DNA of 64,000 bases from Anaeromyxobacter sp. (GTDB lineage Bacteria; Myxococcota; Myxococcia; Myxococcales; Anaeromyxobacteraceae), in assembly GCA_049840735.1 (NCBI GenBank), contig JASGJN010000013.1:640001-704000 (forward strand). The letters are read 5' to 3'. The notes beneath the pieces are model-generated. The model was not told where the DNA came from. It did no database searches and worked only from the letters and a program-made list of their open reading frames with translations. The position numbers were made by a program, and so were the translations under genes. This document shows positions 1 through 11,037 of this stretch, piece after piece (positions within the stretch are counted from its first letter, which is position 1; every line of letters begins with the position of its first letter).

Positions 1-78
1 GAGGAGATCGTGAAGCTCTCCGGGAGCGGCCTGGAGCAGCAGCTGGCGGAGCGGATGGTGGCGCTGAGGAACAAGTAG
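1..78 (+). CDS. 3' end of an unidentified gene truncated by the window edge
   Basis: Frame 1 reads EEIVKLSGSGLEQQLAERMVALRNK then TAG, with GC3-rich codons; converges on the next gene. Confidence 0.5.
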   Translation, partial: EEIVKLSGSGLEQQLAERMVALRNK

Positions 79-91
79 CGGGCCGGGGCCG

Positions 92-769
92 CTACCGCTT
101 CGCCGCCCCCGCCCGCTCGTCCCGCGTGTTGACCACCACCGAGAGGTGGCTGTCCCGCACCAGGCTGGCCGGCGTGACGAGCTCCAGCTCGCGCGGCACG
201 CGGCCGTAGCGGGCGGTCAGCTCCGGCTCGAGACCGCGGATGTTCAGGTCGCCCAGCTTCTCCAGGCGGCCCAGCTCCAGCCCGGCGCCGCGCTGGAAGG
301 CCTTCACCACCAGCTCGGAGCAGTAGACGCGGTCGTCGCCCCAGCCGAAGAGCGGGTCGTACGGCGTCCCCAGGTGCCGGGTGGCCTCGGCGATGACCTT
401 GATGCGCGCCGCCTCGTCCAGCCGCGCGCGCATCACCAGCACCCGCCGCCCCACGCCGCGGTTGCGGAAGGTGGCCCACGGGGTGCGGACCACGGTGGCC
501 TCGGCCTCCAGCACGTAGATCCCGTCCGCCGCCACCTCCACCAGCCCCACGTGCGACCAGGGGCTGCCGGTGGCGCGCTGGATGGGGATCGACTGCGCCG
601 AGCCCGACGTCTGGAAGACCAGGTCGCCGGAGCGCAGCGCCGGGGCGACCGGGCGCGGCCGCAGGGGCGCGGCGGGAGGCGTGGCGTGACCGCCCTCGGC
701 CGCCCGTGTCGGGGCGGCCACGGTCAGGGTGAGGGCGAGGAGAGACACGGTGAGCGAACGTGGCGTCAT
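92..769 (-). CDS. YiiX/YebB-like permuted papain-like (NlpC/P60) amidase, secreted
   Basis: Signal peptide; GDLVFQ, SPWSHVGLV (His before Cys), PYD and YCSELV motifs of the permuted family. Confidence 0.85.
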   Translation of the reverse strand: MTPRSLTVSLLALTLTVAAPTRAAEGGHATPPAAPLRPRPVAPALRSGDLVFQTSGSAQSIPIQRATGSPWSHVGLVEVAADGIYVLEAEATVVRTPWATFRNRGVGRRVLVMRARLDEAARIKVIAEATRHLGTPYDPLFGWGDDRVYCSELVVKAFQRGAGLELGRLEKLGDLNIRGLEPELTARYGRVPRELELVTPASLVRDSHLSVVVNTRDERAGAAKR

Positions 770-842
770 GACGGAGGTCCCTGGAAGGCGCAGGGTACAT
801 CAGCAACCTGCGTGCCTCCCGTCCCGGTGTTAGGGTTCGCGG

Positions 843-1469
843 GTGATCCTCTACCTGCACGGCTTCGGCTCCGGCCCTTCCTCCACCAAGGCGCGCTTCC
901 TGACCCAGCGGTTCGCTGCCGCAGGGGTCCAGGTGGTGGCACCCGACCTGACCCCCGGCCCGGACGGCTTCGAGCGCTCCTCGCCCTCCTCCATGCTGGC
1001 CGTGGCGGAGCGGCTGCTGGCGGACGCCCCGCCTCCGCACGCCATCATCGGCTCGTCGCTGGGCGGCTACCTGGCCGCCGTGGCGGCCTCGCGCGACCCG
1101 TCCATCGAGAAGCTGGTGCTGATGGCGCCGGCCTTCCGGCTCTTCGAGCGCTGGAGCGCGAAGCTCACCGCCGCGGAGCGCGAGACCTGGCGCACCCAGG
1201 GGCGCGAGACCTGGCACTTCGCCACGAACCGCAACCGCCGGCTGGGCTGGCAGTTCCACGAGGACGCCGCCGCGTACCCGGCCTTCCCCGAGGTGCGGGT
1301 GCCCACGCTCTGCATCGCCGGGAAGCGCGACGACACCATCCCGCTGGCCGACGTGGCCGCCTTCGTGGCCCGCACCCCCACCGCCCGGCTCATCGAGGTG
1401 GACGACGGCCACGAGCTGGGCGACTCGCTCGAGCTGATCTTCGAGCAGGCGCGCCGCTTCCTGGCGTGA
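843..1469 (+). CDS. YqiA/UPF0227-family alpha/beta hydrolase (esterase)
   Basis: LYLHGFGSGPSSTK start, GSSLGG nucleophile elbow, DDTI Asp, DDGH His. Confidence 0.88.
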   Translation: MILYLHGFGSGPSSTKARFLTQRFAAAGVQVVAPDLTPGPDGFERSSPSSMLAVAERLLADAPPPHAIIGSSLGGYLAAVAASRDPSIEKLVLMAPAFRLFERWSAKLTAAERETWRTQGRETWHFATNRNRRLGWQFHEDAAAYPAFPEVRVPTLCIAGKRDDTIPLADVAAFVARTPTARLIEVDDGHELGDSLELIFEQARRFLA

Positions 1470-2379
1470 GCCGCGCGCCCCGCGCAGCGTCCACCGGCTG
1501 CGGTCGCGGCGCGCTCGCCGCGGCCAGCTGCGCCCACAGGCGCATCACCGCGTAGGCCCGCCACGGCCGCCAGCGCTCCGCGGCCGCCTCGGCCTGCGCC
1601 GGGCTGAGCCCGCCCAGCGCCTTGCGCACGCCCAGGTCGCCGGCCGGGAACGCGTCGGCGTGTCCCAGGCCGCGCATGGCCAGGTAGCTGGCCGTCCACG
1701 GCCCCACGCCGTCCAGCGCCAGCAGCGCCGTCGTCGCGGCCTCCGGCTCGGCCCGGGGCGCCAGCGCCACCGCCCCCGACGCCAGCGCCTGCGCCAGCCC
1801 CTGCAGCGTGCGCGCCCGGGCCGACGGCAGCCCCAGCGCGCGCAAGGCCTCCAGCGGCAGCGCGGCCACCTCGGCGGCCGTGGGCGGGACGTGCGTGAGC
1901 GCCGGGTGCGGCCCGGGCGCGGCCAGCGGCCGGCCGTGCGCCGCCACCAGCCGCCCCGCCAGCGTGGTGGCGGCGGCCACGCTCACCTGCTGCCCCAGCA
2001 CCGCCCGCGCCGCGCCCTCGAAGCCGTCGAAGAACCCGGGCACGCGCAGGCCGGGGCGGGCCGCCACCGCCGCGCGCAGCCGCGGGTCGCGGGCCAGGTG
2101 CGCGTCGATCAGGGCCGGGTCGGCGTCGAGGCCGAAGAGCCAGCGCACGCGGGCCGCCAGCGGCCGCGCCAGGTCGCGGAGCGCCGGGGCGAGGGCCAGG
2201 TGCACCCGCGCGCGGGCCGGGTCGGGCGTGGCGGTGAGCCAGCCCTCCCGCCCCTCCAGCCGCACCGTCCGGTGGTAGGCGCCCCCCTCCACGCGCTCCA
2301 CGCCAGGGATGGCCCGGGCCCCCAGGAAGCCCAGCAGGTGGTCCCAGTCGAGCGGCGGGCGGTAGTCGAGCCAGGGCAT
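1390..2379 (-). CDS. alkA: DNA-3-methyladenine glycosylase II (AlkA N-terminal + HhH-GPD)
   Basis: YRPPLDW...RAIPGVE N-domain, RAVLGQQVS, GVGPWTA HhH, FPAGDLGV, WRPWRAYA; tail overlaps the convergent esterase by 80 bp. Confidence 0.88.
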   Translation of the reverse strand: MPWLDYRPPLDWDHLLGFLGARAIPGVERVEGGAYHRTVRLEGREGWLTATPDPARARVHLALAPALRDLARPLAARVRWLFGLDADPALIDAHLARDPRLRAAVAARPGLRVPGFFDGFEGAARAVLGQQVSVAAATTLAGRLVAAHGRPLAAPGPHPALTHVPPTAAEVAALPLEALRALGLPSARARTLQGLAQALASGAVALAPRAEPEAATTALLALDGVGPWTASYLAMRGLGHADAFPAGDLGVRKALGGLSPAQAEAAAERWRPWRAYAVMRLWAQLAAASAPRPQPVDAARGARLTPGSGAPARRSARASRPARGRRPPR

Positions 2380-2431
2380 CCTGGCCGGTGTAGCGCCGGC
2401 GGTGGGTCCTCGCTGCTACAATCCACCTCCC

Positions 2432-4639
2432 GTGCTCGTCGAGGTCGCCGTCGCCGCCGCCGTCCGCGGCACCTTCACCTACCGCGTGCCCACCGCGCTG
2501 GCGCCCGACGTGGTGCTGGGCCAGCGGGTGGCGGTGCCGTTCGGCAAGAGCCGGCGCGCCACCGGCTACGTGGTCGGGTTCCCCACCGCGCCGCCGGAGG
2601 GGTTCGAGCTGCGCGACGTGGTCGAGGTGCTGGATCGGGTGCCGCCCTTCACGCCCAGGCTGGTCGAGCTGATCCGCTGGGCCGAGGACTACTACCTGGT
2701 CCCGCCCGGCGAGCTGCTCCGCGCCGCCCTGCCGCCCGGCCTCAACTCGCGCAAGGGCGAGGCGGCGCCGGTGCGGCGCGAGGTCGAGTTCGCCGCCCCG
2801 GGGCCGGGCGCGGCCGAGGCGCTGCCCGGCCTCAGGCGCTCGCCGGCCCAGCGCGCCGTGCTGGACTACCTGGTGGCCCGCGGCCGCATCCCGGTGGAGG
2901 AGCTCAAGGCCGCCTTCCCGCGCGGCCGCGCGGCGCTGACCGCCCTCTCGAAGCGCGGGCTGGTGCTGCTCACCAGCGAGACGCCGGTGGCGCGCGGCGG
3001 GCTGCTGGCGGCCAGCGCGCCGCCCCCGGCCCTCACCCCCGCGCAGGCGGAGGCGCTGGCGCAGCTGGAGGCCGCGCTCGGCACCTTCCAACCCTACCTG
3101 CTCCACGGCGTGACCGGCTCGGGCAAGACCGAGGTCTACCTGCAGCTCATCGCGCGGGCCCGGGCCCGCGGGCGGGGCGCGCTGGTGCTGGTGCCGGAGA
3201 TCGCGCTCACCCCGCAGCTGGCCGGCCGCTTCCGCGCCCGCTTCGGCGACGACGTGGCGCTGCTCCACTCGGGCCTCTCCGAGGCCGAGCGCCACGCCGA
3301 GTGGCGCCGGCTGCGCTCGGGCGAGGCGCACATCTGCGTGGGGGTGCGGAGCGCCATCTTCGCGCCGGTGCAGGACCTGGCGGTGCTGGTGGTGGACGAG
3401 GAGCACGACGGCTCGTTCAAGCAGGACGACGGCCCCGCCTATCACGCCCGCGACCTGGCGGTGGTGCGCGCCCGCGGCGAGGAGGCGGTGCTGGTGCTGG
3501 GCTCGGCCACGCCGTCGCTGGAGACGCTGGAGAACGTCCGACGCGGCCGCTACCGGAGCCTCTCCCTGCCGACCCGCGTGGACGACCGGCCCATGCCGGC
3601 GGTGGAGCTGGTGGACCTGGTGAAGCTGCGCCGCCACGGCGTGGGCGAGCTGCCCGGCCTGCTCTCCCCGGCGCTGCTCTCGGCGGTGGAGGACACGCTG
3701 GCGGCCGGGCAGCAGGCCATCCTCTTCCTCAACCGGCGCGGCTACCAGACGCTGATCGTCTGCGAGGCCTGCGGGGCCGAGGCGCGCTGCACCGAGTGCG
3801 CCGTCTCGCTCACCCACCACGCCCGCCGCGGCGTGCTGCTCTGCCACTACTGCGGCCGGAGCGAGCCGGTCAGCGGCCGCTGCCCGGCCTGCAACGGCGT
3901 GCGCATGGGCGTGGGCGTCGGCACCGAGCAGGTGGAGGAGGCGGTGCGGCAGGCCTTCCCGCAGGCGCGGGTGGGGCGGCTCGACCGCGACGTGGTGACC
4001 ACCGCCGACGACACCGCGGCGGTGCTGGCCCGCTTCGCCAACCGCGAGCTGGACGTGCTGGTGGGCACGCAGATGGTGACCAAGGGGCACGACTTCCCGG
4101 GCGTCACGCTGGTGGGCGTGGTGCTGGCCGACACCGCGCTGGCCCTGCCCGACTTCCGCGCCGCGGAGCGGACCTTCCAGCTCCTGACGCAGGTGGCGGG
4201 CCGGGCCGGCCGCGGCGCCGAGGGCGGGCGGGTGCTGGTGCAGACCTTCAACCCGCGCTCGCCGGCCGTCTCCTGCGCCGCCCGCCACGACTTCCAGGCC
4301 TTCGCCGAGGGGGAGCTGGAGCGGCGCAAGGCGCTCGGCTACCCGCCGTTCGGGCGCATGATGGCGGCCCGCGTGGAGGGGCCGGAGGGCGGCGCCCGCC
4401 GGGCCGCCGAGGCGCTGGCGGCGGCGGCGCGCCCGACGCTGGGCAACGAGGTGGCCATGCTCGGGCCGGCCCCGGCGGCGCTCGAGCGGCTGCGCGGCCG
4501 CTGGCGCTGGCACCTGCTCTTCCGCGCCGACACGCCCCGCGCCCTCTTCCGCGTCCACGCCGCCCTGGCCCGGGTGGCCCAGCGCCCGCCCGGCGGCGCC
4601 AGCATCCGCTTCGACATGGACCCGTACGCCATGCTGTAG
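2432..4639 (+). CDS. priA: Primosomal protein N' (replication restart helicase)
   Basis: GVTGSGKTEVY, VPEIALTPQ, DEEHD, LNRRG, Cys-rich zinc region, GTQMVTKGHDFP; GTG at 2432 chosen after a TGnTACAAT box. Confidence 0.96.
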   Translation: MLVEVAVAAAVRGTFTYRVPTALAPDVVLGQRVAVPFGKSRRATGYVVGFPTAPPEGFELRDVVEVLDRVPPFTPRLVELIRWAEDYYLVPPGELLRAALPPGLNSRKGEAAPVRREVEFAAPGPGAAEALPGLRRSPAQRAVLDYLVARGRIPVEELKAAFPRGRAALTALSKRGLVLLTSETPVARGGLLAASAPPPALTPAQAEALAQLEAALGTFQPYLLHGVTGSGKTEVYLQLIARARARGRGALVLVPEIALTPQLAGRFRARFGDDVALLHSGLSEAERHAEWRRLRSGEAHICVGVRSAIFAPVQDLAVLVVDEEHDGSFKQDDGPAYHARDLAVVRARGEEAVLVLGSATPSLETLENVRRGRYRSLSLPTRVDDRPMPAVELVDLVKLRRHGVGELPGLLSPALLSAVEDTLAAGQQAILFLNRRGYQTLIVCEACGAEARCTECAVSLTHHARRGVLLCHYCGRSEPVSGRCPACNGVRMGVGVGTEQVEEAVRQAFPQARVGRLDRDVVTTADDTAAVLARFANRELDVLVGTQMVTKGHDFPGVTLVGVVLADTALALPDFRAAERTFQLLTQVAGRAGRGAEGGRVLVQTFNPRSPAVSCAARHDFQAFAEGELERRKALGYPPFGRMMAARVEGPEGGARRAAEALAAAARPTLGNEVAMLGPAPAALERLRGRWRWHLLFRADTPRALFRVHAALARVAQRPPGGASIRFDMDPYAML

Positions 4640-4835
4640 CCGCCGACGGTGGGGCGGGGGCCGGCGGAGGCGCTGCCCCGTGGTAAGTGCTGGTGGGTGC
4701 CGCGGCGCACGGCACGCCCGGGCGCGCGGCGCGCGCAGATACCGGGCGAAAGCGGCGGGATGACCGGGCATTTCCCGCGCCGAGGGGGACCCGTCCGCTT
4801 GGTCCTCCAGGCGGCGCGATCCATAATCGCGGCGC

Positions 4836-7800
4836 GTGGCTGGCATCCTCCTGGTGGACGACGACATCGCCGAGATCTCGGCCGTGAAGCGCGTGCTCGC
4901 GCGCGCCGGCCACGCGGCCACGCTCGCCACCAACGCGTCCGACGCCGCCCGCATGCTGGCGGAGGCCCGTCCCACCCTGCTGGTGGTCTCGGCCGCCTGC
5001 GACGGCGGCGAGGCGCTGGCGCTCGCGGCCCGCCTCGCCTCGGGAGGCGACGCGCCGCCCGTGCTGGTGCTGGGCGAGGCCGGCCCGCTGCCGCCCGGCG
5101 CCCGCAGCGTCCCGCGCCCGGTCGATCCGGAGCAGCTCCAGGCCGAGGTCCGCGCGCTGCTGGGCGGCGAGTGCGCGCTCGAGCTGGAGGGGCCGCCCCC
5201 GGCCGCGGCGCAGGCGCCCCGGCCCGCGCCCGCCCGGCCCGCCACCACGCCCGCGCCCGGCCGTCCGCCACCCGCGGCCCGCCCGCCGGCGCAGGGGCGC
5301 CCGGCGGCCAGGACGGTCCGCCCCGCCACCCTGGTCGCCCCCACGCCGCCGCCCCCGGCCCAGCCGCCCGAGGACGGCGCCGCCGCGCTGGCCGACGCCA
5401 TCCGCGCCGCCACCAACCGCCCGCCTCCCCAGCCCGCGGGCCGCGCCCGCCCCACCGCGCCGCCCCCGCCGGCCGCGCCCGCCGACGCCGCGCCGGCCTC
5501 CGCCCCCGGCCTCTCCCTCTCGCTGGAGGGCGACGACGACGCCCCCGCCCTCACGCCGCCCCCGGCCGCCCCGCCGTCGGAGGAGGCCGCCGCCGCCCGC
5601 CGCGCCGCCGCCGAGGCGCTGCGCGCCCGCGCCGCCGAGCTGCGCCGCAGCCTGGCCGCGCCGCCGCCGGAGGGAGCGCCGCCCGCACCCGCCGCCGCGC
5701 CCGACGAGCTGGCCGACCTGCCGCTCCTCACGCCCACCCCCATCGTCACGCCCGCGCCATTGGGCGGCCTGGCGCTGGAGGCGCTGGCCGCGCCCGCCCC
5801 CATCCTGACGCCGCCCCCGCCGGACGCCTTCGACGCGGTCCGCACGCCGCTCGAGGACGCGCGCCGCGCCGCCGCGGAGGAGGCGCTGCGGGCGCTGGAG
5901 GAGGAGGCCAGCGCCCACGCCGTCCAGGCCGCCCGCCGCGCCCGCGAGCAGCAGCGCCGGGCCTCGGCCGAGCGCGAGCAGCAGGAGGCCGCCGAGGCCC
6001 GGGCCCGCGAGGAGGCGCTGGAGGCCGCCCGGAGCGAGGCCGAGGCCCGCGGCCGGCGCGAGGCGGAGGAGGCCGCCCGCCGCGCCGAGGCGGAGCGCCG
6101 GCAGCGCGAGGAGGAGCGCCAGGCGCGCGAGGAGCGCGAGCGGGCCGAGCAGGAGGCCCACCGGGCCGCCGACCTGCGCGCGCGCGAGGAGGCCCTGGGC
6201 GCCGCGCGGCGCGAGGCCGAGGAGCGGGCGCGCCGCGAGGCGGAGGAGGCCCGCCGGGCCGAGGAGGCCGAGCAGAAGGCGGCCGCCGAGGCCGAGGCGC
6301 GCCGTCGCGCCGAGGAGGAGCTGGCCAGCCTGCGCGAGCAGCTGGAGCGCGAGCGGAAGAGCGCCGAGCAGCGCATCGCCACGGTGATGCAGCGGGCCCA
6401 GGCCGAGGAGGAGGCCGCCGAGGAGCTGCGGCGCATGGCCGAGGACGAGGCCCGCCAGCGCGCCGAGGAGGACGCCCGCGACCGCGAGCAGGAGGAGGAC
6501 AAGCTCCGCGCCGCCATCACCAGCGCCCGCGCCGAGATGGAGGCCCTGCGCCGCCGCGGCGAGGAGGAGGCCCGCCGGCGCGCCGAGGCCGAGGCGGCGC
6601 TGAAGCGCGTCACCGAGGGCGCGCGGCCGCCGCCCAGCCTGTTCGACGACGACGAGCAGACCGAGATCACCGCGCTCCCGGCGCCGCTCCCCGAGCCGGC
6701 CGCCCCGCCGCTCCCGCCCGCGCCGCCCCCGTCGCCCGCCGAGGAGGCCGCCCGGCGCCGCGTGGCCGCGCTGCGCGGCGCGCCGGCCGAGCCGCCGCAG
6801 CCGCAGGCCGCGCCCGCCTGGACCGCCCCGCCGGCGGTGGTGCCGGCGCCGCCCGCGCGCCAGGCCACCCCGGACCCCTGGGCCGCCGCCGCGGCCGCGC
6901 CGCCGCCGCCGGAGCCGCCCGCCCCGCCGCTCGCGCCCCCGGCGCCGGAGCTGCGCGAGGGGAGCCTGGACCAGCTCCCGGCCCCGCGCCTGCTGGCGCT
7001 GGCCGCCCGCCACCGGCTCGCCGGCCGGCTGGAGTTCCAGGGCGACGCGGCGCGCGCGCTCTGGTTCGAGGACGGGCGCGTGGTGGGCGCCTCCAGCGCC
7101 GATCCCTCCGAGCGGATCGAGGAGCTGGCGCTGCGGCTGGGATTGCTCACCCGCGACCAGCACCGGCAGATCGCCCAGGCCGCCGCCGCGCTCCCCACCC
7201 GCCGCGCCGCGCTGCTGCTGCTGGAGCGCGGCTTCCTCAAGCCCACCGAGCTGACCGGCCTGGTCCGCCGCCGGGCCGAGGAGGTGGCCTTCGGCGTCTT
7301 CGCCGACCCGGCCGCCCACTTCCGCTGGAGCGGCAGCGAGGTGCCGCCGGAGGAGCGGACCGCGCTGGAGCGGACCACCCTGGCGCTGGCGGTGGAGGGC
7401 GTCCGGCGCCGCTGGCTGGCGCCGCGCCTGGACGCGCTGCTGGGCGGGCCGGCCACGCTGCTCACGCCGGCGCACGGCGGCCCGCCGCTGCACGAGCTGG
7501 GGCTCTCGCCGGAGGAGCGGCGGGTGCTGGCCCTGGCTGACGGCCTGCGGGCGCTGGACGAGATCCTGGAGGCGAGCCCGCTCGACGCGCTCACCACGCG
7601 GCAGGTGCTGGCGGCGCTGGTGCTGGTGGGCGGGCTGACCGTCCGGCTGGTCCAGGCCGGCCGGCCGCAGGCGGCCGCCGCCTCCGCCATCGACCTGGCC
7701 CGGGTGCGCGAGAAGCTGGAGCAGGTGCGCCGGGCCGACTACTTCACCGTGCTGGGCGTGGGGCGGCTCTGCACGCCGCACGAGGTGCGCGAGTCGGCCG

Positions 7801-7970
7801 AGCGGCTGGGGGCCGAGTTCTCGCCCGTCCGCTTCGGCGAGGTGACGGAGGACGGGCTGGAGGCCAAGCTCGCGGAGATCCTGCAGGTGGTCCAGGACGC
7901 CCGGGAGGTGCTGGCCGACGACCGGCTGCGCCAGGAGTACCTGCGCGGGCTGGGGGATCAACCGGGCTGA
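4836..7970 (+). CDS. Multidomain protein: atypical receiver + Pro/Ala-rich linker + coiled coil + DUF4388-like + degenerate DnaJ-like domain
   Basis: ILLVDDD receiver start; E/R/A coiled coil; [25 protein letters not shown] (DUF4388-like); [21 protein letters not shown] (J-like). Confidence 0.75.
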   Translation: MAGILLVDDDIAEISAVKRVLARAGHAATLATNASDAARMLAEARPTLLVVSAACDGGEALALAARLASGGDAPPVLVLGEAGPLPPGARSVPRPVDPEQLQAEVRALLGGECALELEGPPPAAAQAPRPAPARPATTPAPGRPPPAARPPAQGRPAARTVRPATLVAPTPPPPAQPPEDGAAALADAIRAATNRPPPQPAGRARPTAPPPPAAPADAAPASAPGLSLSLEGDDDAPALTPPPAAPPSEEAAAARRAAAEALRARAAELRRSLAAPPPEGAPPAPAAAPDELADLPLLTPTPIVTPAPLGGLALEALAAPAPILTPPPPDAFDAVRTPLEDARRAAAEEALRALEEEASAHAVQAARRAREQQRRASAEREQQEAAEARAREEALEAARSEAEARGRREAEEAARRAEAERRQREEERQAREERERAEQEAHRAADLRAREEALGAARREAEERARREAEEARRAEEAEQKAAAEAEARRRAEEELASLREQLERERKSAEQRIATVMQRAQAEEEAAEELRRMAEDEARQRAEEDARDREQEEDKLRAAITSARAEMEALRRRGEEEARRRAEAEAALKRVTEGARPPPSLFDDDEQTEITALPAPLPEPAAPPLPPAPPPSPAEEAARRRVAALRGAPAEPPQPQAAPAWTAPPAVVPAPPARQATPDPWAAAAAAPPPPEPPAPPLAPPAPELREGSLDQLPAPRLLALAARHRLAGRLEFQGDAARALWFEDGRVVGASSADPSERIEELALRLGLLTRDQHRQIAQAAAALPTRRAALLLLERGFLKPTELTGLVRRRAEEVAFGVFADPAAHFRWSGSEVPPEERTALERTTLALAVEGVRRRWLAPRLDALLGGPATLLTPAHGGPPLHELGLSPEERRVLALADGLRALDEILEASPLDALTTRQVLAALVLVGGLTVRLVQAGRPQAAAASAIDLARVREKLEQVRRADYFTVLGVGRLCTPHEVRESAERLGAEFSPVRFGEVTEDGLEAKLAEILQVVQDAREVLADDRLRQEYLRGLGDQPG

Positions 7971-8142
7971 GGGGGAGACGGCCCCCGGGCCCCGGCCGCC
8001 TGGCCGCGGGCGGGCGCCGCGGGGCCGTGAACACCTGCTGACCGGTCCGCACCGCGGCCATCTGTCCCCTCCCCAGGGCCGGCCGTGCGCGCGGCAGCCC
8101 CACCGGTTAGAATACCCACGGATTTTTCCAAGGGATGACGCA

Positions 8143-8701
8143 ATGGTTCGCGAGATCGTGATCTGGCCTGACCCCGTGCTGAAGGAGAACGCCGTCCCCG
8201 TCGAGCGGGTGGACGACGAGATCCGCACGCTCCTCGACGACATGGCCGAGACCATGTACGCCGCCGACGGCGTCGGCCTGGCCGCGCCGCAGGTCGCGGT
8301 GCTCAAGCGCTGCATCGTCATCGACACCTCGCCGCGGGAGGAGGGGCAGAAGCTCATCCACCTGGTGAACCCGGAGATCGTGAAGACCGAGGGCAAGACC
8401 CGGTACACCGAGGGCTGCCTGTCGAATCCCGGGCGAGGCCGAGGACGTCGAGCGGGCCGCCAAGGTCTGGGTGCGCGCGCTCGATCGCGACGGCAAGCCC
8501 TTCGAGCTCGAGGCGGAGGGGCTCCTGGCCATCGCCATCCAGCACGAGACCGACCACCTCAACGGCACGCTCTTCGTGGACCACCTCTCCAGCCTCAAGC
8601 GCGAGCTGATCAAGAAGCGCATGAAGCGGCTCAAGCAGGAGCGCGCGGCGGAGCAGGCGGCGGAGATCAAGGCCGCCGCCCGGCACGAGTCGGCGCTGTA
8701 G
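8143..8701 (+). CDS. def: Peptide deformylase (one apparent +1 frameshift at about 8425)
   Basis: GVGLAAPQV and EGCLS in one frame, QHETDHLNG in the next; removing one A from GAATC (8424-8428) gives CLSIPG and a 185-aa protein. Confidence 0.93.
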
Positions 8702-8832
8702 CGACTGCCACCCAGCCTCGCGAGCGGGCCCGCGTCCTGGTGGCGCGTGCCCTCCCCGCATTGGCCCCGGGGGGTTGCGCCGCGGCCCAGGCCCACCCAG
8801 GGTTCTCCCGGACCTTCACCGGGAGGCGAGGG

Positions 8833-10374
8833 ATGCGACGGAGCGTGGTGCTGGCGGTGGCGGCGGCTTGCGCCGCCTGCGGCGGGGCGGACGAGCAGGA
8901 GTCCATCGAGGGCCAGGGCGCGGGGCCGGTGCTCGCCAGCGTGGGCACGGCCCGCCACGTCGACGCCGCCGCCGGCAACGACGCGAACGCCGGCACCTCC
9001 GCCGCGCCCTGGAAGACCATCTCCAAGGCCGCCCGCACCGCGCAGCCCGGCGACGTGGTCAACATCCGGAGCGGCACCTACCGCGAGCGCGTGACGGTGA
9101 CCGTCTCCGGCACGGCCGGCGCCCCCATCACCTTCCAGCCCGCCGCCGGCGCCACCGTGGCCATCGTGGGCGACCCGGCCTTCGCCGGCAACCCGCTCCT
9201 CTACGTCAACGGCCAGCACGACCTGCGCTTCGTGGGGCTGCAGGTGCGCGACTACGCCACCACGCGGGTCACCTACGGCGTCCGCATCCAGGACTCCTCC
9301 AGCGTCGAGCTGGACGGCCTCAAGGTCTCCGGCATCAGCTCCGGCGCGGCCGGCATGGCGGCGCTGCCGGTGATCGTCTTCGGCACGAAGGCGGCCAGCC
9401 CCACCCGCAACATCGTGGTCCGGCGCAGCGAGATCGCGAGCAGCAACACCAACCCCGGGCAGGCGCTGACGGTGCTGGGCAACGTGGACGGCTTCCGGCT
9501 GGAGGGCAACTTCATCCACGACGTGAACGGGATCGGGATCGACGTGGCCGGGAACACCGGCGCCACCGTGCCGGCCTCGCCGCCCGCCGGCTACGTCTAC
9601 GACCCGGCCACCGATCGGGCCCGCAACGGCAGCGTGAACGGGAACACCGTGCTGCGCTGCGGGACCATCGGCATCTACCTGCAGGGCGCCTGGAACGACC
9701 TGGTGGAGCGGAACACCGTGCGGTCCTGCGGCGCCGCCGGCATCGAGATCGCCGCCGAGATCCGGGCCCGCACCCCCGGCCCCAGCGCCGCCACCACCTC
9801 GGCCTCCGGCAACACCGTGCGCGACAACGTCGTGTTCGACATCACCAACGCGGCCAACGCCGCCGCCGACGCCCCGGCCTTCGCGCTGGGGGCCTGGTCC
9901 TCGACCTACGGCCCGGTCCGCAGCTCCACCGTCACCAACAACCTCTTCCGCTCCTCGCGCGGGACGGTGATCGTGAACCCGCAGGTCTCCGGGCTGGTCT
10001 TCGAGAACAACCTGGTGGTCACCACCGCCACCGGGACCACCGGCAGCATCGGCATCGTCTCGGACCACACCGGCGTCACCAGCGCCAACCGCTTCGACCA
10101 CAACCTGTACTGGTGGGCCAGCCCGCCGCACTGGGACGTGGGCTCGGGCTACTACACCAGCCTGGCCGCGCTCCGCTCCGGCACCGGACGCGAGGCCCAC
10201 GGCCGCACCGGCGACCCGCTCTTCGTGAACGGGGCCGGGGGCGACTTCCACGTCCAGCCCGGCTCCCCGGCCGTCGGCGCCGGCGATGCGGCGGTGGTCT
10301 CGCCGGGCGAGCTGGACCGCGCCGGCGGGCCGCGGGTGGTGGGCGTGGTGGACATCGGCCCCTACGAGCGCTGA
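8833..10374 (+). CDS. Secreted, probably lipid-anchored, right-handed parallel beta-helix protein (DUF1565/pectin-lyase-like fold)
   Basis: ATG after GGGAGG; signal ending AACAAC; GNDANAGTSAAPWKTISKA..PGDVVNIRSGTYRE; Asn ladders; GDFHVQPGSPAVGAG..DIGPYE tail. Confidence 0.8.
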   Translation: MRRSVVLAVAAACAACGGADEQESIEGQGAGPVLASVGTARHVDAAAGNDANAGTSAAPWKTISKAARTAQPGDVVNIRSGTYRERVTVTVSGTAGAPITFQPAAGATVAIVGDPAFAGNPLLYVNGQHDLRFVGLQVRDYATTRVTYGVRIQDSSSVELDGLKVSGISSGAAGMAALPVIVFGTKAASPTRNIVVRRSEIASSNTNPGQALTVLGNVDGFRLEGNFIHDVNGIGIDVAGNTGATVPASPPAGYVYDPATDRARNGSVNGNTVLRCGTIGIYLQGAWNDLVERNTVRSCGAAGIEIAAEIRARTPGPSAATTSASGNTVRDNVVFDITNAANAAADAPAFALGAWSSTYGPVRSSTVTNNLFRSSRGTVIVNPQVSGLVFENNLVVTTATGTTGSIGIVSDHTGVTSANRFDHNLYWWASPPHWDVGSGYYTSLAALRSGTGREAHGRTGDPLFVNGAGGDFHVQPGSPAVGAGDAAVVSPGELDRAGGPRVVGVVDIGPYER

Positions 10375-10443
10375 CCCGCACACCCTCGGGCCGCTGCGGC
10401 CCGGCCGCAGGGCGTGCTAGCGTGACGGCGGGGGAACACCGCC

Positions 10444-11025
10444 TTGGACCGCGCCCGCACCCGCGCCAGCAACACCCTCGACTTCCTCGCCTTCATGGAC
10501 GAGGTGGTCCGGCCCGGCACGCGCGCCCACCTCAGGTCCGCCCTGCCACCGGAGGTGGTGAAGGGGCTCCTGGACTGCCTCCCCACCGACTGGCAGGACG
10601 TGGAGACGGTGCACGGGCCCTACGTCACCGAGCTGGTGCGCTGGCTCGGGCCCGAGGCGGCCGCGGGCGCCTGGAAGCGCTACTCGATGGAGCGGCTGGA
10701 GTCGCGCCCTGCCTACCGCGCGCTGGTGCAGGGCGCGGTGCGCCTCTTCGGCCTCTCCCTCGGCTCATTCGTCCACCTCATGCCGCGCATCTTCCTGCAG
10801 GGCTTCCGCGACTGCTTCGAGGAGGCCCGCCCGATCCAGGTGGACGCCCGCCACGCCATCCTGGACCTCCGGCTGGCGCCTGCCGTGGCCCGCTACCCGG
10901 CCTACGCGACGCTCTTCCACGGGCTCCTGCAGGCGCTGCCGGAGATGGCGCAGGCGAAGGGCGCGACGCTGGACTGGCACGCCGACCTGCCGGCCCGCCG
11001 CCTGCGCGCCACCTTCCGCTGGTGA
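10444..11025 (+). CDS. Hypothetical protein, resembles myxobacterial DUF2378-like proteins
   Basis: GC3-biased ORF with globular composition ending RATFRW; family resemblance is weak and the start is uncertain. Confidence 0.55.
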   Translation: MDRARTRASNTLDFLAFMDEVVRPGTRAHLRSALPPEVVKGLLDCLPTDWQDVETVHGPYVTELVRWLGPEAAAGAWKRYSMERLESRPAYRALVQGAVRLFGLSLGSFVHLMPRIFLQGFRDCFEEARPIQVDARHAILDLRLAPAVARYPAYATLFHGLLQALPEMAQAKGATLDWHADLPARRLRATFRW

Positions 11026-11037
11026 TCCCGCCGGGCC

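Noticed and set aside
1067..7690. 2207-aa minus-strand ORF and similar giant ORFs (e.g. 56017-61206, 42372-45572)
   Set aside because: Shadow frames of real genes in very GC-rich DNA; low-complexity Arg/Ala/Ser/Gly content with no motifs.
8143..10374. Apparent 743-aa deformylase/beta-helix fusion ORF
   Set aside because: Caused by the GATC-site indel in def. def ends at 8701 and the beta-helix gene has its own RBS, ATG and signal peptide.
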